A stretch of DNA of 64,000 nucleotides from the NCBI GenBank assembly GCA_965644295.1, contig CBFFRP010000199.1, positions 1-64,000 on the forward strand, read 5' to 3'. The position numbers and the translations under genes are program-made. Position 1 is the first letter of the stretch. Each line of letters starts with the position of its first letter. The notes under the pieces were generated by a model. The model was not told where the DNA came from. It saw only the letters and a program-made list of their open reading frames with translations, and made no database searches. Below, in pieces: positions 49,329 through 60,818 of the stretch. Source of the DNA: Paraphysomonas bandaiensis. Lineage: Eukaryota > Protista > Chrysophyceae.

Positions 49329-51929
49329 TTAACCATTTCCATTCGCCAGCACTGCGACATCACTCTTACTACTGAGAGTTTTCGAAGGGGTACCACGACG
49401 ACCACTATGCTGGTGACTCTGATTACTACTTTCGGATTCATCCAATGGAAAACCTGCACTATTATCAGACCCACATTCTTCCAGAGCAGAAGAGACATTA
49501 TGTTTTCTAACAGGTGCTGACCGTATCTCACTATTTGGGGGTTGAATTGTCGTCTGCCATTGATCAAATGTAGGCACCATCCCACGATCACCACTGCCAT
49601 TACCATTCGCCAACATAGATGCATTGTTCTTACTCGGTGGGGCTAACGGAGGGGTACCGCGGCGATTACGGTGTGGTAGGATTGTATTCTGCCATTGATC
49701 GAACGAGGGAACCACACCACTACCAGATCCAGTACCACTGTGTCTTCTAACAGGAGAAACTGGATTCGAGTCACGACAACCACTGTTAGCTGGCTGAATT
49801 GTCGTCTGCCATTGATCGAATGTAGGCACCATCCCACGATCACCACTGCCATTACCATTCGCCAACATAGATGCATTGTTCTTACTCGGTGGGGCTAACG
49901 GAGGGGTACCGCGGCGATTACGGTGTGGTAGGATTGTATTCTGCCATTGATCGAACGAGGGAACCACACCACTACCAGATCCAGTACCACTGTGTCTTCT
50001 AACAGGAGAAACTGGATTTGAGTCACGACAACCACTGTTAGCTGGCTGAATTGTCGTCTGCCATTGATCGAATGTAGGCACCATCCCACGATCACCACTG
50101 CCATTACCATTCGCCAACATAGATGCATTGTTCTTACTCGGTGGGGCTAACGGAGGGGTACCGCGGCGATTACGGTGTGGTAGGATTGTATTCTGCCATT
50201 GATCGAACGAGGGAACCACACCACTACCAGATCCAGTACCACTGTGTCTTCTAACAGGAGAAACTGGATTTGAGTCACGACAACCACTGTTAGCTGGCTG
50301 AATTGTCGTCTGCCATTGATCGAATGTAGGCACCATCCCACGATCACCACTGCCATTACCATTCGCCAACATAGATGCATTGTTCTTACTAGGTGGGGCT
50401 AACGGAGGGGTACCGCGGCGATTACGGTGTGGTAGGATTGTATTCTGCCATTGATCGAACGAGGGAACCACACCGCTAACAGTTCCAGTAGCGCTGTGTC
50501 TTCTAACAGGAGAAATTGGGTTAGAGTCATGACAACCACTGTTAGCTGGCTGAATTGTCGTCTGCCACTGTTCAAAAGTCGGCATTTCTCCTGTGCATCC
50601 ACTGCACTTTGTATTCAGCGCTGACGAAATATTCCTACTCGTTGGAGCTAAAGGAGGGGTACCGCGACGGTTACGGTGTGGGTGCATAGGGCTTTGCCAT
50701 TGATCGAATGTCGGTGCTATACCACCATCACCACTACCGTTTAAGTTGCTTTTACAAGTTGGAACCGGCGAGGGAGTATTACGTCGGCCATTGCACTGCT
50801 GAATGCTGCTGTGCCATTGATCGTAAGCAATCTTAGAATCTCCAGAACGACTTGATGCAACCGTCTCCGACGACGCCGTTGTTTCAGGAGTACACTCACG
50901 ATGAATCGGCAGTAGTGAGGCTATACCTGATCCCCTACTGGGACTAGCTTGTCGATGAATATAATATGGCTGCATTAGTCTCAGCTCTGGAGAATGGCCC
51001 ATTATTGTACTGTCTGGACTGCTTCTCAACGTAGATACAGGCGATTCGTTCTTATCAGTTGTTACTGGTACACATTTCGTTGGTTTAGGGGAAGTGCTAC
51101 AACTGTCATCGATGATTACTCGAACAGCAGAATCTAGTGTTACAGTCATGATCACTTCTGCTACCTCTTTATCAACAGTTCGTTTTGGACATAGTAGCCA
51201 GCTGATAACAATTGCATTGACACACAAGTCCAGAGTCATCATTAAATACGTCACATAAGCCAGCTGATTACCATGCATCATAGTATTCATACCAACTATT
51301 GCAAACTGAGTCAACAGACACATTATCACCCCAATTAAGTTCTTGATAGCTACTTTCCGAATTGTCTTTGATTCGTTGGAAAAGTGCAACAGGGGCCACA
51401 TGAACTGAGATACCATAACTACATATAAAAATATCTCGTACGCGGCCAACGGCCCAATTATAGTAAACGGTGCACCAAAATGACATCGATCATTGCTGTC
51501 AACATGATACTTGACTACTATCACGATAATGGTATGCACGCAGATATACGGAATCAAGCAGAACATGTTGATTAAATACCGGACAGATCGAAGTCGTTTT
51601 TTGGTATCATTAAATAAGGAAACTGTATGGTGCACAGTCTCGACAAAATAAGAGTGTAATATCAGTTTACAGAACCCATAAAGTCCGGCAGACAGCCTCA
51701 CTCCTACATTGCAGATCATACGGTTCCCATGCGATTGTATGCCGACAAGAACAATCATTTTGGCAGCATATATCAGAGCGGATACTAACAGAGACATTCC
51801 AATATAATCAGATGCGGCCACTTGATCATTACCTTTTCGGAAAATATTTAATCGTCGGCATATAAGAAATAGTATGAATACGACAGCTGTACACAGCACT
51901 ACTTCCACTACTATTTCAGACGGACCCAT
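49329..51929 (-). CDS. 7TM GPCR-like protein, paralogue 2 (866 aa, intronless), with a tandem-repeat C-terminal tail
   Basis: Aligns with paralogue 1 (CKL[LI], YHVDSN..CH[IF]G, QFM.PLL, KN.IG.I.CL.T.FA, G.Q, KRT[IV]DKEV.EV.MTV); about 7 hydrophobic segments. Confidence 0.85.
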   Translation of the reverse strand: MGPSEIVVEVVLCTAVVFILFLICRRLNIFRKGNDQVAASDYIGMSLLVSALIYAAKMIVLVGIQSHGNRMICNVGVRLSAGLYGFCKLILHSYFVETVHHTVSLFNDTKKRLRSVRYLINMFCLIPYICVHTIIVIVVKYHVDSNDRCHFGAPFTIIGPLAAYEIFLYVVMVSQFMWPLLHFSNESKTIRKVAIKNLIGVIMCLLTQFAIVGMNTMMHGNQLAYVTYLMMTLDLCVNAIVISWLLCPKRTVDKEVAEVIMTVTLDSAVRVIIDDSCSTSPKPTKCVPVTTDKNESPVSTLRSSPDSTIMGHSPELRLMQPYYIHRQASPSRGSGIASLLPIHRECTPETTASSETVASSRSGDSKIAYDQWHSSIQQCNGRRNTPSPVPTCKSNLNGSGDGGIAPTFDQWQSPMHPHRNRRGTPPLAPTSRNISSALNTKCSGCTGEMPTFEQWQTTIQPANSGCHDSNPISPVRRHSATGTVSGVVPSFDQWQNTILPHRNRRGTPPLAPPSKNNASMLANGNGSGDRGMVPTFDQWQTTIQPANSGCRDSNPVSPVRRHSGTGSGSGVVPSFDQWQNTILPHRNRRGTPPLAPPSKNNASMLANGNGSGDRGMVPTFDQWQTTIQPANSGCRDSNPVSPVRRHSGTGSGSGVVPSFDQWQNTILPHRNRRGTPPLAPPSKNNASMLANGNGSGDRGMVPTFDQWQTTIQPANSGCRDSNPVSPVRRHSGTGSGSGVVPSFDQWQNTILPHRNRRGTPPLAPPSKNNASMLANGNGSGDRGMVPTFDQWQTTIQPPNSEIRSAPVRKHNVSSALEECGSDNSAGFPLDESESSNQSHQHSGRRGTPSKTLSSKSDVAVLANGNG
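49544..50570 (-). repeat. 252-bp coding tandem repeat (~4 units), each a dimer of 39-aa and 45-aa subunits
   Basis: Subunits FDQWQTTIQPANSGCRDSNPVSPVRRHSGTGSGSGVVPS and FDQWQNTILPHRNRRGTPPLAPPSKNNASMLANGNGSGDRGMVPT; shadow ORFs recur every 252 bp. Confidence 0.98.
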
Positions 51930-52417
51930 GATGTAGATTGATTTTCTGAAGTAGTGAACTACTCTATCAAGCCATCGGCAGTAATTGATACTGTACAGAG
52001 TAATCGATCATAATGTCTATTATGTGTATCCTGTTATATCGTATGTAAATATGGGTATGTGTATGTCTATATATAGTTATATGTATATATCCTGTCGCAG
52101 TTCGCACTTCAACGCATTGTGCGGTATAGCTCACTCATTAAATACAGTGTACTACAACAGTATATATGTCCATATACTATTCGCTGTCATGGGTTCTGAC
52201 GAATGAAATCCCGTATAGTTCGAATGAATATCATTGATTGGATACATTAAAGTAGTAGGATGGATCAATGGTTCTCATATCAGTCACTTCATGCTTTACG
52301 TGCTTCATACTGACAAGCGATTTGACATACACTCCATCATCAACCCTCAGTTGATAGTTCACCGTATACTTGAAACACCTGCGTGTATATTCATATTGAC
52401 GAATCAATTACTGAGCT

Positions 52418-54168
52418 ATGAATAATAACGAAGAAGGGGCAGATAGATACAGTGATTGGGAGGAAGATGAAGAAGTAGCTGTTCAAGATTTATTTTCAAA
52501 CCAATCATTTCGTAATGTACTTGAACTTCTTCAATATAATAATGAAGTGTATAATTTTGATTTGGCTGACATAATAAAAACACTTCAAGCCAATGAAATC
52601 GATATTATTATGCTTATTAATTATATTCGATATGCCGTACAGGACTGTAGCGAATGTACTACAGAGTTTATTCAAGATATTAAACTGAAAATATTAAATA
52701 AAGAATTTAATACATCAGAAAAGTATATGCATCCTGCATTATCAGATGATCCATTGCTATTCCTATTAGGTGAAACTGTATTACAGTTTGATGAGAATGG
52801 AGACGGTGAAGCTGATAATGAGAAATGGGATAATGATAGATCAAAATATGAATTTTTTGACAAAGTGAAAGCCGATAATATAAAGCCAACAATAAATGCT
52901 ACACAGGCGGAACAAATAAAGATTGAGATGGAGACTCCTCTACAGACTTCAACTGAATTAACAGGAGATTATTATTTTGATGGATATTCACATATTGGTA
53001 TTCATGAAACGATGCTACGAGATGCCTCCCGCACCAATGCTTATGCTATGGCGATTGAACGGAATAAGGAATATATCAAAGACAAAGTTGTTCTCGATGT
53101 TGGTTGTGGAACGGGTATTTTATGCCTCTTTGCGGCACGTGCCGGAGCTCGAAAAGTTGTTGGGGTAGACTGTAGTTCGATACTGAAGCGCTCTCGCCAA
53201 GTGGTCAAGCGCAATGGCTTCGACGATGTGATTACACTAGTCCAAGGCCGTCTAGAAGAAGTAGAGCTCCCACTAGAATACGGTGAAGTGGATGTCATTG
53301 TGAGCGAATGGATGGGATACGGTCTGTACTTTGAGAATATGTTGCCAGCTGTCATGTACGCTAGAGAAAAATACCTCAAAGGCATCGCTCAACCTGATGG
53401 AAGTGAATCTAAGCAGTCGCCTGATTTGACAGTACCTGTTCCCACTTACGCCATTATGCCATCTCATGCTCAGTTGTTTATGGAGGCCGCTTCATGTGTT
53501 GACTCAGAGGACCGCGTGAAATGGTGGAATGATGTGTACGGGTTTAACATGGTAGACATGTGTGACCTATTTACACACGAAGCACAGGTAGATCTTGTCC
53601 ACCAGAGCACGGTTGTATCGGAAAGATTGAATGTGCACGAGCTGGAAATGATCCGCGCCAGTACTGCAGATTTGGACTTTACTGTACCCTTTGAGCTGGT
53701 AGGCTTTACGTATTTCAGTACTGTTTATATGTACTACCTATCATACATTTTTACTGTCCTGTAGTCAAAACCATCAGTATTACTTTTTTATTGTTAATTT
53801 ATCGTGTTTTCAGAAAATCACGAAGGAGTGCCTAGTTAACGTATTCGTGATATCTTTTGATGTTTTATTCATGTCACAGAGGTATGTAGTATATCATGTT
53901 ATTTCGCCTTTAACATAGTTTTACGCAAAGCAATGAGACCACTGTTCTCTCTACTGGCGTTGCGGATACCCCCACACACTGGAAACAGGCAGTATTATGG
54001 CTCACCGACTCCAATTCTTTCGCTGCTAGTGCTGGGGATGTGGTGAAAGGACAACTACAGTACATTCGCATGGAAAGCAATGATAGGGACTATGAAATAG
54101 CTGTTACTTTTGAAACTCCTTGTTCTCCTGTGAGGCAGATTTATCAGCGTTTTATTCTAGTCGCTTAG
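52418..54168 (+). CDS. PRMT3: Type I protein arginine methyltransferase, PRMT3-like (3 exons)
   Basis: YYFDGYSHIGIHETMLRD..RT.AY, VLDVGCGTGIL, double-E loop DVIVSEWMGYGLYFE and THW loop. N-terminal IMLINYIR and KYMHPALSDDPLL match the PRMT3-type extension. Confidence 0.88.
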
Positions 54169-54552
54169 GTATCAACGAAATAAGAGTGTTTCACGCGTCC
54201 AGGAAATATAGATACGTTGCGTATTCTGAAGTAGTATACACTATTCTGTTATAATTATTGTTTTCTAATATATAATATTTACTCATACACCTGGAATGCT
54301 TGAATAAATTTCGTACCAGACCATTATCTGTGAAATCCGGAGATATCAATACAGACAACTGTGACACAGATATTAGCTATTAACCGTGAACTTGATAACA
54401 GTTTAGTAACTTAACGAACGAAGGGTTTAAAACATTCCTAGTTTAGGCAAGACACAGGCTTCAATATTAAGTAATAATGAATTAATAGGTTTTAAAAATT
54501 AATTATTGGTATAGCTACTGATCACATAGGTACACACCAATTATCTGTTAGC

Positions 54553-54756
54553 CTAGGGTGTATATTGAATGTCTGATTATTTAGCAATAGGCGTTGAAAG
54601 CCTGCACCAATTAGTGGCTAGAAGAATGCTAGTCATACTAGTTAGACTACTACCCGTAACTAATCAATACAAACTCTTTTATCCTACTATTTAACGCTAC
54701 AGAAGCTGCTTGTGCGTCGCCGCAAGCACCAAGGTGCAACCACTTCCGTTCTTAGT
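54553..54756 (-). repeat. Dispersed repeat family copy D
   Basis: Reverse complement of copy B (35790-35985). Confidence 0.85.
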
Positions 54757-55513
54757 GTGTGTTATGAGGCTCGCCATGATCGTGTGTCCTGGGACTCACC
54801 GGCGCGTGTGATCTGGAGGTCTCCTCTTGGGATGAGACTCCACTCGCTATATGATAGATAGCCTTATGTACCTCACGGGGACTGACTTATTAGCCTTATG
54901 GCAGTTAGGGGAAACAGTAATATGCCCTTCTGAGATTGGCGATCTGGTGGCCTTCCTTTAGGCATTGTTCCAAGTGGCTCGGACGTATGTGGATGAAGGT
55001 CTTGCAAAAGGTTATGGCCTACTGTGAAGAATCGTCGAAATCGGCTCTTTTGCTGTCTTAGCCAGCGGTAGAGAACACATGCAAGAGGGTGTATAGCTGT
55101 ACAGGGGTGGGATGTGAGGGTCATCCGGTGTGTCCAGCTACAGGGAGTCGAGAGGGAGTGTGATGGTGCAAGAGAGGCAACATCTGATTGAGGAGAGTGA
55201 GACTGCGCAACAGAACAAGAGTCACTGAGGTCGAGTACTCTGATGGACCTATGCACGAGATGATCGTGATGATGATGATGGTCTGGAGGAGACACTCGGA
55301 CGTCCTCAGCTGCCCTTGTTAGTGTCTGTGTTGGTGCAGGGGGGTACAGACTGAGGCATAGAGAGTGTGTGTAAGGAAGATGACGGCAAGGTATCAGAGA
55401 CGAAGGGAGAGGCGATAGTTTGTCCGGGGGTTTTCTAGGAGGAGGTAGAGTGTACTGTGTGTGTGTATGACACTGCAGTGGTGTTATGAGTGTGTTGGAC
55501 AGTGAGAGAGAGC

Positions 55514-55615
55514 TGGTGATGTGTCCAACAGTACAGGTAGACAGGTACATGGACATGGTGATGTGTCCAACAGTACAGGTAGACAGGTACATGGACATGG
55601 TGATGTGTCCAACAG
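55514..55615. repeat. 42-bp tandem repeat (~2.4 copies)
   Basis: Unit TGGTGATGTGTCCAACAGTACAGGTAGACAGGTACATGGACA. Confidence 0.95.
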
Positions 55616-56525
55616 CGGAATGGTATACATCCTGTAGGAGCCTAGGGTGTATGTGTGTATGTGCACAGCCACTTTGTTATATGGGTCAGTATACACTTTA
55701 ACCCTGAGATGAAATTACACATGGGTGCAGACGAAGGTGAGTTCCATGAAGCGAAAAAGATGACGATGAAGAAGGCGAGGACAGCGCAGGAAAGCACACA
55801 CCAAACTTTCATCACGACATGGTTACATGACACATTAAAATAGCACTACCAATGTTTGTGAGAGGTGGTTTAACAGTCAGCAGAGCTAAGATCTAAGTTT
55901 TTTAAGACTTTAGACCTTTTGACTAGTTTTCGAAAATGAATGACACATAAGACATAAGCCCCTTGTTTTTACTTTTCTCCGTGCTCCTAATCGGCATCTT
56001 TGGGATGAGACTGCATAATTGAAGGCAATTAATTGGCTACAATATATGCCTAGATAATTGTAATTATTATTGTTGATTATCTCTCATATTTAATTGTTAA
56101 TTTTTACTTAAGTCTGGTATGACATGACAGCGTAGTTGTAACGGGTATTTTATGCGATACAAAGTTCTTGACGTATATACGGAACCTAAAGAGTACACAT
56201 TTGGTGGTGAAATCGCTTTTGATTATCACAGATATCAAACACAGGAAATGCTCCACATGAATATTTATTGTACATACACGATTTCGGTTTGTAACTGTCA
56301 AATGTTAATAAGCTGCAATCAATAATTAGTTAATCCATCGTTCACATCGTACGATGTCTTAATGACTTAATATCAACATTCGCGTAGTCATTACAACATT
56401 CATCCCATCATACTACACACGCAGCAACACGTCTACAGCTAGAACTATATCGCTACACAGCCGACAATTACTGCCACATAGTTGTGCGGATGATACGCCC
56501 ATTTCCTCCTTCTCCGGCATGTTGA

Positions 56526-58103
56526 CTAACCCGTGGTGTTGAATTTGTGGCAGACAAACGGCAAGCTGTCCGTATCCTCATAACCATCTCCCTTCATGTC
56601 ATCTTCAAAGTCGGAGCTCTTCACTGCCAGTTCGGAACGCAGCTTTCCAACAGCAGTCGTAAGTGCGGCCATCTGCTGCTTCTCTTTCTTCATATTAGGC
56701 TCAACAAAAACCGATAGAAAGTCCACTGGAAGACCATACCGGAGGACCGACTCAACAAACCCCTTTACTACCTTCAGGTGTATCCACCCAGAGAAAACCT
56801 CGCCATAGTGCGCCCGGCACCAGCGCACAATCGTCGTAAGCGTTTGTTGCACCTCCCACTTCGCCTGATCGATCTGTCCATCAACCCCCCCAGCTTTGGA
56901 TGGATCGAAATTAAATTCGCGGATTGTGTAACGCTTCTCGCGGAAGGCGCTTTTGATGTCATCGAGGTAGTCAACAAACTTGCCTACAAGAATAGAAAAA
57001 TCAAAATATATGTAGTCGAAAATAGATTACGGAAACTATGAACGTAATAATTCCCGCAATTTGTTCAATTCATGACAGCTAAATTACAGGTCAATGTTAC
57101 CTTGCACAAACTCGCTGCCCTCAAAGTATCCTGCTTCGTAGTGCCCCTTGAGTACAGTGACACTGTAGAGATGCACATCCCCTTCAGTGTGGATTTTCAC
57201 AGCGCTACCAGGCACGACTGGGCTTCCCTTGACACGTCCACGGTTACCCTCAGGGCCGAAATTTCCGTCGTCCTTTCCAAGATTTGTAGGGTTAAAAGAA
57301 GCAGCCCAGTCAGGTCCACCAAAAGCGGCAATATCGCCTCCAAGAGAGTCGTAGCTTCTTAGGAACTCTAAACATAAAATACAGCTTATGAGCACACACC
57401 AAGCACCAAAAGTGAATGACATCGTATTAATGCACGAAATATACAACGGAATGCATACCGGGCTCTGCTTGATTGCTCACAACTACCAGGACAGTCAAGA
57501 GGTATTCAGAATTAACAAACTCAAAACGGCTGGTAATATCAGCGGGGAGAAAGTCCTCGAGATCAGAGGTAATCAAGTTAGTAGTCTTTTTCCTTTGAAC
57601 AGCGCTCAAGTTCTGAGTTTTTTCGTTGTAGCTAACTGACAACTTTTTCAATTCATCGTCCACTTTGGCCACCATGGACTGCACTTGGGAGACAAGGTCA
57701 GGAAGCTGACGCCCCTGGTAGCGATATCGTGCATAATCCCATTGGAAATTGCGTAAGAAGTTCTCTACGGTAACTTCATTGGCTGCACGCAGTGCATCAG
57801 CATCTTTGCCAGCCACCTCCTCATACTGTCTTTCGATTTTTCTCACGACAGTCTGCGTATCATATACACGGAGATTAACATCTTGCTATAATATTAATGA
57901 ATATTTATACACACCTCTACTTGGTTATTAATTTTATTCAAATCATCTGATAAAGCCATCAGGGAATCTAATGTACCGACTACAAGGCTTGGAATCTCGA
58001 AACGATGCAGCTTGCAAGATGGAGCTTGCCTCTGCAACGCACTAAATGTAGAATCAGGGCTTTCGCCCCGATTAGGAACAGTTACAAGCCACAATTGCTG
58101 CAT
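56526..58103 (-). CDS. ATP6V1C: V-type proton ATPase subunit C (multi-exon)
   Basis: FEIPSLVVGTLDSLMALSDDL, FQWDYARY, SEYLLTVLVVV, VVPGSA...LYSVTV, LVRWC-like IVRWC and WIHLKVVKGFVESVLRYGLP. Confidence 0.96.
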
Positions 58104-58588
58104 TTCAATCCTGCAATAAATGTGTAATAACTGCAACTCAGGCTTAATCTAACTTTTCTAGTCAGATTAATTATTGAGTTCCACGAGATATACAAGTGCA
58201 TACCATTCCATACCATACCATATGCATCCAACATTAACACAACAAAAACAGCTTTTTTTTCATCCCATCGCAACTTGCGTATCCTCAACAGATTTTCAGT
58301 TTTCAGGTGGTAATTCTGATGAAGTGTACTGATGTATAAGGATGTTGGAGGGACACTTCGTATCTTTGAAGTAAATTAATATATGAAAAGTGACGTAATA
58401 AACTAATAGAACACTTGAAGGAAGAAAGAAGAAGGCATGTTCTATAATTTGATGACGAAGTTCCATGTTAGTATGAGAAATGATGTACTTCATATACAGG
58501 AGAAACAAGTTCATAAGCAGCTCATAATTACCAACATACTGAAGAGTAATCAAGAATATAAGTATACACACGATTGAACAACTTTCTA

Positions 58589-58903
58589 ATGGAAACTGTA
58601 AAAGATCACTACAATGCTGTGAAGGATACTGTATCTGATGCTGTTAGTGGATACACAGACAAGGTAGAGAAGTCTCAGGAGGAGAGAGAGGAGGAAGAGA
58701 GGGCAGACGAGCTCAAAGATCAAGCTCAGGAGTATGTCAATAAGGCGAAAGATACCGCTGAGAATGCTGTTGGGAAAGCTGCAGACACAGTCGCATCTGT
58801 TGAGCGTTCAGCAGAGAGGGCCTTACCTGAAAAAGTTAAGAGCGGTGATAGCTCCGGTCAGCAGAACACTACCGAAACTGCTGCAACTGGACCTGGGCAC
58901 TAA
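58589..58903 (+). CDS. Small hydrophilic LEA-like protein (104 aa)
   Basis: Rich in A/E/K/D/T/S, no Cys or Trp; amphipathic KDQAQEYVNKAKDTAENAVGKAADTVAS resembles group 3 LEA repeats. Family call is compositional only. Confidence 0.65.
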   Translation: METVKDHYNAVKDTVSDAVSGYTDKVEKSQEEREEEERADELKDQAQEYVNKAKDTAENAVGKAADTVASVERSAERALPEKVKSGDSSGQQNTTETAATGPGH

Positions 58904-60818
58904 GTAAGCACGCGATGTTGTATTGAATTCCTACGACTTTGATTTGGTTATTTTGTTTGCGATATTCGAAACAATATATTGATTTATTTGAAGAGACTTG
59001 ATTGTATTAATAAGAATGATATCTCACTTGGACATGTTTAAAAGTCTTAACAACTTTCTCCCTCTCTGCGGATGAAAATACGTGTTCATATCAGCACCGC
59101 TAAAGTTATTGTGACTAGTCCATAGTATTGTATTAGCGCCATGTTGCAGAGTGCATGATATTTCCTGGGTGTCAAGGTAGCACTGCGGAAATCGCTTGTT
59201 GTAAACATTACCCTATGTCCTAACCCCTAACCTGACGTATTTGAAATGTACTGCGCGTAACAAAGATGAAAAAGTACAACATGAAAGTATATCTATTTAA
59301 CCTTTACTTGAATAAAAGCATTATTATTAGAACCTTCATGAAGTAACCAAGAATACAGTGGTCAGCTTCGGCACTGTTATAGCTAGTTCTACATTCGTAA
59401 TTCGTACGGTTTGGTCACTAAATACTAAATACACAAGGTCGACTGGAACACACCAGCGTAATGTCTGGAAAAGGGTGCGTTTTCGTCGTTATCTTGACAC
59501 AGAGCTTCGAATAATACTAACATGGTGGAATAGCTAGAAGAAGACGAAATGTACACGATACACGTACACGGAGTAAATAGTAAATTAAGTATGAAGCATA
59601 ATCATAGAATTGTGGAATCTATATAATCTACACTAAGGATTCTTGAATGAACCACTGCGTGCGATTCTATTATCTGTAGCTGATGTCGATAGTAAAAGGT
59701 TATACATGATAGACTGTATACTCATAAACGTCTACTACAAATAAGTGTTTGTACACACATTCTATTAGTTGTAGTTAGTGACTAAATTCGGAATTCGAAG
59801 TCACAATATCTTTTCATCACTTCAGTATCAATACTGAGATACCAGAGTATTTAATACCTGAACAGCAGAAAAAGAAATCGTTATTTACGCAATTAAAACA
59901 GTCTACAGCCCAACACCACAATTATTGAGGCGAGTAAGTGCAGCTACTGGATATTATAATTTACTGGAGAAACATATATAATATCATTATCATTATTGTG
60001 TGGTGTTTTTGAAAGGTGCGTCTATTTCTTCTTCTGTCACATTAAAAAATCTATCAATATACGGATTTAGGTGTTGTCGTATCTAAAATGAAGCACGGTT
60101 ATATATACAAGTTGTTAATGAGAAAAGGTACCTACCGGAGTAAAAACATGTTCCTGACTTCCATAGTCCCCACACATCAGGGTGTACGATCCGATGACAA
60201 CGGAACAGTAAACAGAAAAAATATGCACACCTCGTCGGAAGCGTGGATTGCCGGGATTGAAATTAAACATTACCATAATTCAATAGTATTTTCTGTAGCA
60301 GAATGTCGAAGCGAATACCTGCAAAGGAGTGGCTTAAACTTATACTAATACCGTGTGACAGGCGGGGATAATATCAGCGTCTAGACCATACGGAGGTACA
60401 GAGCTGCTGTATACAGATACTCCAGAGTCTGTGTATGGATGTACGTCTATGTACTCTATGTACGTATATGTACTGCTGTATATTCTGTACCATTGTATTG
60501 GTCACACTGCTGCTCCTCACTTCGCCCATACTATCCAACCGTTTGTTTTCACTTCATTGGGTTCTCTATATAAAATACAGGAGTGTATACGCCGCATACT
60601 ATACAAAGAATAATCATGCATGTTACTGTTAATATATACACACACACCGACCGCTTCATAAGTTTCTATTAACATATTCAACAGCAGTTCATATTAACAG
60701 ACAGTATCTACCTTATGAATAGGAATATCCTGGTATTAACACACTATATTTGAATGAATAATAGTTGAAAAATCCATTATTTGTGACACTTGTCATTGTT
60801 TCAAAGATTTGTTGTACG

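Noticed and set aside
44918-50602. Long alternative-frame and antisense ORFs over the 7TM tails
   Set aside because: Shadows of 3n-length GC-rich tandem repeats; only the frame continuous with the TM domain is supported.
59219-59233. CCTAACCCCTAACC telomere-like motif (similar short motifs near 30640 and 36020)
   Set aside because: Only about 2 imperfect units; possibly remnants of another dispersed repeat, not an interstitial telomere array.
59355-59380. CTTCGG hairpin resembling the U6 snRNA 5' stem
   Set aside because: No ACAGAGA box or other U6 sequence follows.
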